Assembly: GCA_963798485.1 (NCBI GenBank)
Contig: CAWCTR010000012.1
Location: forward strand, 1 to 12,216
Direction of reading: 5' to 3'
Source of the DNA: an uncultured delta proteobacterium
GTDB lineage: Bacteria > Desulfobacterota > Desulfomonilia > UBA1062
DNA: 12,216 nucleotides
Shown: positions 1 through 7,885 of the stretch, in pieces
Position numbering within the stretch: the first letter of the stretch is position 1
Layout: each line of letters starts with the position of its first letter
The notes under the pieces: generated by a model
What the model saw: the letters and a program-made list of their open reading frames with translations, nothing else
The model's database searches: none
What the model was told of the DNA's origin: nothing
Made by a program: the position numbers and the translations under genes

Positions 1-330
1 TGCCTGCGGTGGATGTGTATACGTGTGCCCCTCATGCACCTGCTTCAATGTCATGGACCGTACGGTTAATCCAGAAACCGGGGAGAGGATACGCGCCTGG
101 GATACCTGTCTTTATGGCGGATTCACCCGCGAGGCGTCCGGGCACAACCCCCGGTCAACTCAGCGCTACGGCTCAAGAGGAGACACGAGCATAAGCTCCT
201 TTATTGTAACAAAACCGACATTCAGGAGGCATTGTGCGGGTGTGTGGGCTGTGGCCGCTGTTCCGATTACTGCCCTGTCCACATCGGCACCCTTGAGGTA
301 ACAAAGGCCATTGTGGAGCACATCTATTGA
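1..330 (+). CDS. 3' part of a 4Fe-4S dicluster protein (AsrA / sulfhydrogenase beta HydB / FlxB-like), with one apparent frameshift at ~163
   Basis: The frame from base 2 reads ACGGCVYVCPSCTCFNV...GERIRAWDTCLYGGFTREASGHNPRSTQ. After a one-base shift at ~163 it continues ALRLKRRHEHKL...GCVGCGRCSDYCPVHIG...IY to TGA at 328-330. The CPxCxCF, R.R.WDxC...F...ASGHNPR and CVGCGRC...CP motifs are typical of this family. The gene is 5'-truncated by the window. Confidence 0.85.
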
Positions 331-347
331 TTGCAAGGAGGTATTCC

Positions 348-756
348 ATGCCCGAGGTGAAGAACAAGAAAATACTCATTATAGATGACGACAATGATTA
401 GGGGGACGCCTTGAAGATCGTACTGGAAAACAATGGATACGCCGTGATACACGCATTGAATATCGCCGATGGGAGGGCTTCGGTTGAGAAAGACCCGCCG
501 GACCTCATTATCCTTGATGTGATGATGGAAAAGCATACGACGGGTTCGACCTGTGCGCCGATCTCAAGAATGATCAGGCCTGCTCCATGATCCCATCATT
601 ATGGTCACGGCCGTTACCGAGAAGACAGGCTTCAAATTCTCTCCTGTTACGGATGGCGAATACCTGAGGGCGAATGATTACATTTCAAAACCGGTTACGG
701 TATCCGTTCTCCTTTCCCGCGTAAACAAGCTCCTGAGCGAGGGAAAGGCCTTCTGA
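348..756 (+). pseudogene. Single-domain response regulator (REC), disrupted as sequenced by an in-frame TAG and two frameshifts
   Basis: An AAGGAGG RBS precedes ATG 348. It reads MPEVKNKKILIIDDDND*(TAG 399-401)GDALKIVLENNGY...PPDLIILDVMMEKHT. After a shift at ~539 it reads DGFDLCADLKND...MI, and after a shift at ~593 IIMVTAV...DYISKPV...LLSEGKAF to TGA 754-756. All receiver motifs (DD, phospho-D, T, KP) are recoverable. Confidence 0.85.
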
Positions 757-810
757 TAAGGCACTCCCCTTCCCTTTTGGTTCTTAAGGAGAAGAATTCC
801 TCTTGATCCG

Positions 811-839
811 TTGATCGGATTCGATCGAAGTGCTATTAT
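811..839 (+). promoter_or_regulatory. Putative sigma70 promoter for the kinase/activator operon
   Basis: TTGATC (811-816), a 17-bp spacer, then TATTAT (834-839) preceded by an extended -10 TG (831-832). Confidence 0.5.
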
Positions 840-864
840 AGTAGCATTCATTAGTAGCATTCAT
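839..864 (+). repeat. 13-bp perfect tandem duplication TAGTAGCATTCAT x2
   Basis: Read directly: 839-851 and 852-864 are identical. Confidence 0.9.
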
Positions 865-901
865 TTTGACAGAGGAGGATGAGTTCTCTTAACGACCTTA
901 G

Positions 902-2869
902 ATGAAACTACAAAGCCGCCTCGTCATAGGTTTTCTGATCGCCACATGCCTCACAGGGGTTGTTGCTTCGGTGGTGGGGATACAGCTGATAAACAAAACA
1001 GCCCTTGACGAGGTGCAGCGCAAGGTACAGCAGGACATCAACACCGCCCAGCTTGTCTACCGCCACAACCTGGAGAGGCTCGAATACCAGCTCCAGTTCA
1101 TCGCGCTTCGTTCCCCCATCCACGAGGCTATCTTGTCCGGCAACCTCGAGCCTCTGGAAGATTTACGAGTACTCATCAGGAGCGGCACCTACCAGTCCCC
1201 GGAGCATATGGCCCTTGACATGCTCACCCTGGTCGACACCAATGGCAAGGTTATCTACCGCGCGGCAAATCCGAACACAAAGGGAGATGTAATACTCTGG
1301 GACTCGGTGGTGAGGGCTTGTCTCAAAGAGAAAAAACCCACGTCTTCCGCCATAATCATGCCTTATGAAGTTATTGTGGCCCAGAACCCCAACCTGGCCG
1401 AACGGATAAAGATACCCATCGTAAAGACGGAAAAGTCAGTGGAGATCAAAGAAAAGGTCCTTTCCCGGGGAATGGTTCTCAGGGCAGCCTACCCCATTGT
1501 GGACAAGAACCATAACCTGCTCGGCGCACTTGTCGGCGGGGTATTGTTGAACTACGATTACAGCATTGTAGATACCATCAAGGAGACCGTGTACCGTGAC
1601 GAGCGGTACAAAGGCCGGGACATGGGGTTTGCCACGATCTTTCTTGGTGGTGTAAGGATCTCCACCAATGTGATGAATAAAAAGAACCAGAGGGCAGTCG
1701 GAACCATCGTGTCCAAAGAAGTCTATGACCAGGTCATAGGCCGGGGTAAGGACTGGATAGGCAGGGCCTTTGTGGTAAATGACTGGTACATAAGCTCCTA
1801 TACCCCCATCTGGGATATCGACAACAATATCATCGGCATGCTCTACACCGGTATTTTGGAGGCGAAATACCGTGATATGCGGATGAAGACCGTGCTCCTC
1901 TTCCTGGGTATCACCTCGCTTGGCATGGTAATGGCCTTCTTTATCTCTTTCCGGCTCGGACAGGGCATTATCCGCAGGATCAGGATCCTAAAGCAGGCAA
2001 CGGATGCCATCTCTTCAGGCAACCTCGATTACCAGCTCCCTCCGGGCCGGTCATCGGGCTTCGATGTGCTCGATGAGGCCTTCAACAACATGGCGCGCTC
2101 GCTCAAAGACAGGGATGACCGGCTCCAGAAGGCCTTCCAGCGCATCACCAGCACCGAACGGCTTGCCTCATTAGGCCAGATGGCGGCCGGTGTGGCCCAT
2201 GAGATCAACAACCCGTTAGGCGGCATCCTCCTCTACAGCAACCTGGTGCTCGAGGAGATGACCCAAGGCAATTCATCCAGAAATAACATGGAAAAGATCA
2301 TCTATCAGACCGAGCGATGCAAGAAGATAGTCCAGAACCTGCTCGATTTTGCCCGCACACCTTCCGGAGATATGGAGTCCCTTTCCATAAACGAGGTTAT
2401 CCTTACCTCGCTCAATCTGGTGAAGGACCAGTCCATATTCCATGGCATTGAGGTGAAGACCGAGCTTGCACCAAACCTCCCTTACGTGATGGGCGACCTG
2501 TCCAGACTGGAAGAGGTCTTCTTGAACCTGTTCATCAATGCAGTAGACGCCATGGAGGGAAAGGGCACCATCAAGGTTTCGAGCAGGATTTCCAGTACGG
2601 GCATGGTGAAGATCTACATAACCGATACGGGAAAGGGCATTGATAAGGCCTACCTGCCCCACATCTTCGAACCCTTCTTCACCACCAAGGAGCCCGGCCA
2701 GGGTACAGGGCTCGGACTGTCGATAACCTATGGCATCATCCAGAAGCATGGCGGTATACTCGATGTGGAGAGTGAACCCGGCAAAGGGACGACATTTGCC
2801 ATTACGCTGCCGCCGTTGAATACCAATGATAAAACCGAGAGCGGACAGGAGGAATGCAGCATTGGCTAA
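902..2869 (+). CDS. Membrane sensor histidine kinase (TM - Cache-type sensor domain - TM - HAMP - HisKA - HATPase_c), NtrB-like
   Basis: 655 aa. It has two TM segments, a Cache-like ATIFLGGVRISTNV...RAVGT...YISSYTPI...IGMLYTG stretch, a HAMP region, the H-box AAGVAHEINNPL, the N-box NLFINAVDAM, and DTGKGI, FEPFFTTK and GTGLGL boxes. Confidence 0.95.
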   Translation: MKLQSRLVIGFLIATCLTGVVASVVGIQLINKTALDEVQRKVQQDINTAQLVYRHNLERLEYQLQFIALRSPIHEAILSGNLEPLEDLRVLIRSGTYQSPEHMALDMLTLVDTNGKVIYRAANPNTKGDVILWDSVVRACLKEKKPTSSAIIMPYEVIVAQNPNLAERIKIPIVKTEKSVEIKEKVLSRGMVLRAAYPIVDKNHNLLGALVGGVLLNYDYSIVDTIKETVYRDERYKGRDMGFATIFLGGVRISTNVMNKKNQRAVGTIVSKEVYDQVIGRGKDWIGRAFVVNDWYISSYTPIWDIDNNIIGMLYTGILEAKYRDMRMKTVLLFLGITSLGMVMAFFISFRLGQGIIRRIRILKQATDAISSGNLDYQLPPGRSSGFDVLDEAFNNMARSLKDRDDRLQKAFQRITSTERLASLGQMAAGVAHEINNPLGGILLYSNLVLEEMTQGNSSRNNMEKIIYQTERCKKIVQNLLDFARTPSGDMESLSINEVILTSLNLVKDQSIFHGIEVKTELAPNLPYVMGDLSRLEEVFLNLFINAVDAMEGKGTIKVSSRISSTGMVKIYITDTGKGIDKAYLPHIFEPFFTTKEPGQGTGLGLSITYGIIQKHGGILDVESEPGKGTTFAITLPPLNTNDKTESGQEECSIG

Positions 2870-4223
2870 AAAGACCAGGCGCACCCTGATCATCGACGAT
2901 GAAGAATCCATACGGGACGGATGCCAGCAGATCCTGGCCAGGATAGGACATGAAGTGGAGAGTACGGGCGATGCTGAACACGGTATCCAATTGGCCCTGC
3001 ATAACCACTTTGATGTCATCCTTCTGGATGTGCGCCTCCCCAAGATAGAGGGGCTCGATGTTTTGAAGATCCTCAAAAAGGATCACCATATAACCTCCAA
3101 GGTAATCATCATTACGGGCTACGGTACCATCCCGCTGGCTGTTGAGGCCATGCGTTTAGGCGCTATGAATTTCCTCACCAAACCCTTCGGCGCTGAAGAT
3201 CTCAGAAATGCAATTCATGAGAGTCTTGATGCCGCGGTGAGTAATGAGAAAGAAGATACCTTGTCCATGCTGATCGGCAGCAGCGATTACATGAAGGAAT
3301 TGAAAGACACAATCAGACGGGTCGCCCAGACCGACAGTACCGTGCTTATAACCGGCGAGAGCGGAACAGGCAAAGAACTGGTTTCACGAACCATCCACAA
3401 CATGAGCAGGCGTTTTGACAAACCGTTCATCCCGGTTGACTGTTCATCCCTGGTGCAGAACCTCATGGAAAGTGAGCTCTTCGGCCATATACGCGGGGCA
3501 TTCAGCGGCGCAACAGACTCCCGCGACGGCCGTTTCCAGATAGCCGACACGGGTACGCTTTTTCTTGATGAGATCTCGAACATCAGCCTCGAAACCCAGG
3601 CCAAGCTGCTGAGGGTTATTCAGGAACAGGAGATCCCCAGGGTGGGCAGTTCCATACCCGAAAAGGTGGACGTGAGGCTGATTACCGCCACGAACAAAGA
3701 CTTAAGATGCGAGGTTGATACAGGACGATTCCGTGAAGACCTCTTCTATCGCATCTCGGTGGTGCCCATACACATCAAGCCCCTGCGGGATCACCGATCG
3801 GACATCATCGAGCTTGCCAAGCATTACCTTGATGTCTTCCGGGAAAGGCACAAATCCGCGGCCGGTTTCTTCTCGATTGATGCGGTAAAGTCATTGAACT
3901 CCTATGCATGGCCGGGGAATATCCGGGAGCTTAAGAATACGATCGAGCGCCTGTGTGTGCTGTGCGATCATGAAGAGGTGAGCCTCTCGGATATCCTCTA
4001 TTATGGGCAGGACACACACGCCAAGGCCCCGGTTATCGATCCGTTCTCCGGCAAGATGCGCCTCGTGGATGTGGAAAAGGAACACATTGAAAAGGCGTTG
4101 AAGCATTATAATTATCACATGAACAACACTGCAAAGTTTCTCGGTATCGATCGCAAGACGTTGCGCACCAAGATAAGGACCTATGGTATTATCACCGATA
4201 TCAAGGATGAAACCGGTGATTAG
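2862..4223 (+). CDS. Sigma54-dependent response regulator (NtrC family: REC - AAA+ - Fis HTH)
   Basis: REC motifs IIDDE, LLDVRLP and TKPF; Walker A GESGTGKE; ESELFGHIRGAFSGA; Walker B LFLDEI; FREDLFYRI; WPGNIREL; HTH AKFLGIDRKTLRTK. The start is probably TTG 2862 behind CAGGAGG (2846-2852), overlapping the kinase stop. The ORF track starts at ATG 2826. Confidence 0.95.
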   Translation: MAKKTRRTLIIDDEESIRDGCQQILARIGHEVESTGDAEHGIQLALHNHFDVILLDVRLPKIEGLDVLKILKKDHHITSKVIIITGYGTIPLAVEAMRLGAMNFLTKPFGAEDLRNAIHESLDAAVSNEKEDTLSMLIGSSDYMKELKDTIRRVAQTDSTVLITGESGTGKELVSRTIHNMSRRFDKPFIPVDCSSLVQNLMESELFGHIRGAFSGATDSRDGRFQIADTGTLFLDEISNISLETQAKLLRVIQEQEIPRVGSSIPEKVDVRLITATNKDLRCEVDTGRFREDLFYRISVVPIHIKPLRDHRSDIIELAKHYLDVFRERHKSAAGFFSIDAVKSLNSYAWPGNIRELKNTIERLCVLCDHEEVSLSDILYYGQDTHAKAPVIDPFSGKMRLVDVEKEHIEKALKHYNYHMNNTAKFLGIDRKTLRTKIRTYGIITDIKDETGD

Positions 4224-4228
4224 GTTCT

Positions 4229-4268
4229 AGGGGACATCTTCCTCACCCTTGGGGAGATTTTACCCAAG
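4229..4268. promoter_or_regulatory. Candidate tandem upstream activator sites for a sigma54 enhancer-binding protein
   Basis: AGGGGACATCTTCCTCA (4229-4245) and TGGGGAGATTTTACCCA (4250-4266) are 12/17 identical, imperfectly palindromic and 21 bp apart. The second lies within CTTGGG-N9-CCCAAG (4248-4268). Confidence 0.55.
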
Positions 4269-4327
4269 ATAACTCCCCTGATTTTCATTCAAAGAATTAA
4301 GTAAAGTAATTTCAATGGGATGAAACA

Positions 4328-4343
4328 TGGCACTTTACTTGCT
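4328..4343 (+). promoter_or_regulatory. Sigma54 (-24/-12) promoter
   Basis: TGGCAC-TTTAC-TTGCT matches the TGGCAC-N5-TTGC consensus. It lies 37 bp upstream of ATG 4381 and directly downstream of a sigma54 activator gene. Confidence 0.85.
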
Positions 4344-4380
4344 TTTCTCATGCCAGAGATCCTTTAAGGAGGTGTAGGCT

Positions 4381-4767
4381 ATGGATGCAAAGAAAAAGGT
4401 GCTTTTGATTGACGATGACAAAGACTTCCTGCTCGCAACCAAACTTATCCTCGAAAACGGCGGCTATGAGGTCTTTCTGGCCGAGGATGGAAAGGCAGGA
4501 GTGGACATGGCGAAATCACTTTACCCTGACATTGCCATCATCGATATGATGATGGAGACCTGGAGTGAGGGTTTCAATGTGGTATCAAGGCTGAGGACCT
4601 CGGATACGGGCAAGAAGATACCCCTTATCATGCTCAGCGCCGTTGACCTGCAGGGTCCTTACCAATCCTTTGAACCGCCTGACGAGCTCCCCACTGTGGA
4701 CCTTGTACTGCACAAACCTATCAAGGCTGATGAACTGTTAAAATTCGTGGGTCAGCTCCTGAGGTAA
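4381..4767 (+). CDS. Single-domain response regulator (REC)
   Basis: 128 aa with an AAGGAGG RBS; motifs LLIDDD, IIDMMME, IMLSAV and HKPI. Confidence 0.93.
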   Translation: MDAKKKVLLIDDDKDFLLATKLILENGGYEVFLAEDGKAGVDMAKSLYPDIAIIDMMMETWSEGFNVVSRLRTSDTGKKIPLIMLSAVDLQGPYQSFEPPDELPTVDLVLHKPIKADELLKFVGQLLR

Positions 4768-4774
4768 TACTTCA

Positions 4775-5887
4775 ATGGATGACAAGGCTGATTTTTCAGC
4801 CAGGATTCTCATCATCGACGACGAGGAGTCTATCCTCGATGGTTGCAGACAGGCCCTGGAAAAATCGGGCTATACGGTAATAACCACATCGAACGGGCCT
4901 GACGGCATAAGGCTCTCGAGGGCTGAAAAGCCCAACCTGGCCTTTGTTGATCTCAAGATGCCGAGCTGTTCCGGCATGGATATCATCGAGCTGCTTTCCA
5001 AAGAAATGCCCGATATCGTGTTGATCGTGATTACCGGGTATGCCTCCATCGTCTCCGCGGTGGAGGCCATGAAAAAGGGCGCCTATGATTATTTGCCTAA
5101 GCCCTTTACCCCTGACCAGATCAGGGCGGTTACCAAGAGGGCGCTCGAACACAGGTTCCTCAAGATCGAGGCTGACCGGCTCAGGGAAGAAAAAGAACGC
5201 ATGGAGAGAAGCTTCATAACCTTTGTCAGCCACGAGATGCGTTCCCCGCTGGTCACCATCATGCAGTATTTTGAGACACTGAAGGTGATTTACGAGAACA
5301 GCCTCGAACAGAATGCAAAGGATATTATCGACCGCTGTGAGAAAAGGCTTCAGGGGCTCCACGACCTTGTGGAGCACTGGCTCGATCTTGCCAGGATCGA
5401 GGACGGCTCTTTTTCCGAGGCCAAGACGCCGATTGTGCTCACTGAAATCCTGGAGAAGGCTATTGAAGAGCTCACCCCCTTGTGCCAGAGGAGAGAGATT
5501 ACCCTTGAGGCAATCATAAATGAGTCCTCGGCCAAGACCATGGGCGACCAGGAGAGCCTGATGAGGGTATTCACCAACGTGATAGGCAATGCAACAAAAT
5601 ATACCCCGCCCGGCGGGAAGATTACCGTAACCATGACTCATGATGATTACTATGTTTATGTGAATATCGCAGATACCGGCTTAGGCATTCCCGCCGACAA
5701 GCTGCCCTTCATCTTTGAACCGTTCTTCAGGGTGAAAGGCAAGGAAGAGCGCCAGAAGGGTTCAGGCCTGGGGCTGACCTTCGTCAAAAAGATTATGGAC
5801 GCCCACAACGGGAATATCGACGTGACATCGCAAGAAGGTGTCGGAACGTCTTTTCTTCTGAAATTTCCCAGGCTTTACGAGCTTTAA
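4775..5887 (+). CDS. Cytoplasmic hybrid kinase REC - HisKA - HATPase_c
   Basis: 370 aa. REC motifs IIDDE, FVDLKMP and PKPF; H-box VSHEMRSPL; NVIGNATKYT; DTGLGI; FEPFFR; GSGLGL. No TM segment is evident. Confidence 0.95.
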   Translation: MDDKADFSARILIIDDEESILDGCRQALEKSGYTVITTSNGPDGIRLSRAEKPNLAFVDLKMPSCSGMDIIELLSKEMPDIVLIVITGYASIVSAVEAMKKGAYDYLPKPFTPDQIRAVTKRALEHRFLKIEADRLREEKERMERSFITFVSHEMRSPLVTIMQYFETLKVIYENSLEQNAKDIIDRCEKRLQGLHDLVEHWLDLARIEDGSFSEAKTPIVLTEILEKAIEELTPLCQRREITLEAIINESSAKTMGDQESLMRVFTNVIGNATKYTPPGGKITVTMTHDDYYVYVNIADTGLGIPADKLPFIFEPFFRVKGKEERQKGSGLGLTFVKKIMDAHNGNIDVTSQEGVGTSFLLKFPRLYEL

Positions 5888-5891
5888 ACGC

Positions 5892-6116
5892 CTATTCGCT
5901 CTTTCCCTTTATGCCTTCCCATGGTCTGGTATTATCCAGCAGGTATTCTTCCAGGTTACCCACCATGCATTCCCCGCACATATGCACCATCTTCATACTG
6001 GAGACCTGCCGGACAATGAAAAGCTTTTGACAATTCTGGCTGCACAGGAAACACTTTTCAGCGATGTCTTTCTCGTGAAACTCGTAACACTGCTCATCCA
6101 TGTATGTACATTTCAT
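5892..6116 (-). CDS. Small Cys-rich, putative metal(Zn)-binding protein
   Basis: 74 aa with an AGGAG RBS upstream on the minus strand. It has 7 Cys including CFLC and CGEC pairs. It fills the gap convergent with the hybrid kinase, leaving 4 bp between the stops. Confidence 0.75.
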   Translation of the reverse strand: MKCTYMDEQCYEFHEKDIAEKCFLCSQNCQKLFIVRQVSSMKMVHMCGECMVGNLEEYLLDNTRPWEGIKGKSE

Positions 6117-6227
6117 AAATGTCTCCTATGTCAATCCTACCATAGAATAACGCAGGCATCAACAATGCGGCCTTGATCATTTTGCTATTTTGTTTTTAGC
6201 CGCCAATGCATTGAGCCTTCCAGCACT

Positions 6228-6318
6228 GCGGGTGGGCGGAGCGCAGCGTAACCCGCCATGATCGTAGGGGCAGAGCTTATCCCCGCCCTGTTGTAGGGGC
6301 AGGTCTTGTGCCTGCCCT
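6228..6318 (+). repeat. Cluster of three REP-like hairpins (two of GTAG type)
   Basis: GCGGGTGGGCGGAGCGCAGCGTAACCCGCC (6228-6257), GTAGGGGCAGAGCTTATCCCCGCCCT (6264-6289), and GTAGGGGCAGGTCTTGTGCCTGCCCT (6293-6318, stem GGGCAGG/CCTGCCC). A GTAG tetranucleotide at the foot of a hairpin is the REP hallmark. Confidence 0.7.
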
Positions 6319-6517
6319 TGTGCTGGATCTCATTACTCCACTCATCACCCGATCCTGCCCAAAACATCCAAACCTTTGACAACTTTCCTCTCTTCCTGCT
6401 ATAAATGCAGTATAAGAACGCACCATGAAATGGAATGACAGCAGATATGAGTGTATTGAGAGGAGGGCCCGGATCATCCACACGCATCCACCCTTATCAG
6501 ACGGAGTCTGCGCGATA

Positions 6518-7525
6518 TCAGCCCATGCGGTCGAGCGGACTTTGCAGCTGCCGGATGTCCCGGGCCATGACATGGGTATAGATCTCGGTGGTCTTGACAT
6601 CAGCATGACCGAGGAGTTCCTGAAGCACCCGGATGTTCACCCCGTTTTCCAGCATATGGGTTGCGAAGCTGTGCCTCAGAGTGTGGCAGCCGACCTTTTT
6701 GTCGATCCTGGCCTCTTCCGCAGCCCGCTTCACCGCCTTCTGCAACCCGGATTCGAGCACATGATGGCGCATCTCCCGGCCCGAACGCGGGTCAATGGAA
6801 CGCTCCCTTGCCGGGAACACCCACTGCCAGACGGTTTCCCGTCCGGCATGTGGATATTTCCTGGCCAGGGCCTCAGGGATATATACCTCCCCAAATCCTT
6901 GTTCAAAATCCTTATGATGAAGAGCTTTCACCGCCTGCACCTGCTTCTGCAGCTCGTCCTTAAGATTTTTAGGCAGGATGGTGGTCCTGTCCTTCCCGCC
7001 CTTACCGCCCCGGATAAAGATGAGGCCTTGGCCGAAATCCACATCCTGAACACGCAGGCGGATACATTCAAGCAGACGCAGGCCGCCGCCATAGAGCAGC
7101 TTTGCCATAAGGGCGTGCTTACCCGTCATGGCGGCCAACAAACGCTTAATCTCTGCCTGAGTGAGGACGGTGGGCGGCCTTTGCTGCCGTTTGCTGCGCG
7201 CCGGTGCGATCTCTCCGGCCAAAGGTTTGTCAAGGACATCCCGATAGAGAAAAACCAGGGCGTTCAGGGCCTGCCGCTGGGTGGAGGCGGACACTTTGCC
7301 TTCGGTTGCGAGATGGGAAAGAAATCGTTCGACATCCTTCGCCCCGAGCATGTTCGGATGGGTCTTGCCGCCGAAATGATGGATATAGCGGAGCATCCAC
7401 TGACAATAGGTCTGCTCGGTGCGGTAAGCATAATGATGATAGCGAAGCACTTCGCGCACCTGATCCATGAGCTTGAGGCTGGGATTCGGACGAAATTTCG
7501 GTTTGTTTTTCGTTTGACTTTCCAT
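6518..7525 (-). CDS. intI: Integron integrase (tyrosine recombinase)
   Basis: 335 aa. N-terminal SAM-like motifs HYAYRTEQTY and VSASTQRQALNALVFLY; catalytic motifs GLRLLE, GKGGKDR, HTLRHSFATH and LGHADVKTTEIYTH; and the IntI-specific insertion VYIPEALARKYP...WQWVFP...RHH. Confidence 0.97.
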   Translation of the reverse strand: MESQTKNKPKFRPNPSLKLMDQVREVLRYHHYAYRTEQTYCQWMLRYIHHFGGKTHPNMLGAKDVERFLSHLATEGKVSASTQRQALNALVFLYRDVLDKPLAGEIAPARSKRQQRPPTVLTQAEIKRLLAAMTGKHALMAKLLYGGGLRLLECIRLRVQDVDFGQGLIFIRGGKGGKDRTTILPKNLKDELQKQVQAVKALHHKDFEQGFGEVYIPEALARKYPHAGRETVWQWVFPARERSIDPRSGREMRHHVLESGLQKAVKRAAEEARIDKKVGCHTLRHSFATHMLENGVNIRVLQELLGHADVKTTEIYTHVMARDIRQLQSPLDRMG

Positions 7526-7760
7526 AACCTATTGCACAATATCTTAATATGTGGAAACTGACCAGAGAAAATGTAATAAGCGTACATAAATCTGGTGTTG
7601 TTTCCATCTTTGGAGATTAATACAAAAATAAGCGGAAATACCGTCCATCTATAGGTGGTAATATGACGGACAAGATTCTGCTTATTGCACTGATAAGCGG
7701 ACCGCTCGCTGACGCTCGCTTGACCTTCGGTCATCCGCTTATCGGTCGCTGTTGAGCTTC

Positions 7761-7818
7761 GCTCTAACACACTTGATAGCTCCGCGCTTCGCGCTCCGCC
7801 TATCAAGCGCGTTAGAGC
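7761..7818. other. Orphan attC-like hairpin with no associated ORF
   Basis: GCTCTAAC-ACAC-TTGATAG...GCGC-TTC-GCGC...CTATCAA-GCGC-GTTAGAGC. The 8-bp AAC/GTT ends are perfectly complementary and the 7-bp inner boxes pair. Length is 58 bp. The extra-base position is non-canonical. Confidence 0.6.
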
Positions 7819-7832
7819 CGTCTGCGATTCTC

Positions 7833-7872
7833 GGCAGGGGGTGGGAATAAAAACCCATTCCCACCCCCTGCC
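7833..7872. repeat. 16-bp perfect inverted repeat (8-nt loop)
   Basis: GGCAGGGGGTGGGAAT (7833-7848) pairs with ATTCCCACCCCCTGCC (7857-7872). There is no flanking U-tract. Confidence 0.9.
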
Positions 7873-7885
7873 TGCGAGTCTCGCG

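Noticed and set aside
399-401. In-frame TAG as pyrrolysine or stop-codon recoding
   Set aside because: The same gene also has two frameshifts and TAG ends other genes here (4221-4223, 8992-8994), so error or decay is the simpler explanation.
2273-3076. 267-aa minus-strand ORF
   Set aside because: Antisense shadow of the kinase and regulator genes, with no independent signals.
4796-5641. 281-aa minus-strand ORF
   Set aside because: Antisense shadow of the hybrid kinase.
6185-6606. Minus-strand ORFs of 100 and 109 aa downstream of intI
   Set aside because: They run through the REP-like repeats or overlap intI out of frame, and the translations are not protein-like.
7514-7545. Candidate Pc promoter beginning TTGACT (7514-7519)
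   Set aside because: There is no convincing -10 at a 16-18 bp spacing (best CAATAT), so Pc cannot be placed from sequence alone.
6425-7561. 378-aa plus-strand ORF fully antisense to intI
   Set aside because: It is an in-register antisense shadow of intI, which is common for GC3-biased genes, and it has no recognisable motifs.
7833-7872. Intrinsic terminator call for the 16-bp hairpin
   Set aside because: No U-tract follows the stem on either strand, so it is kept only as an inverted repeat.
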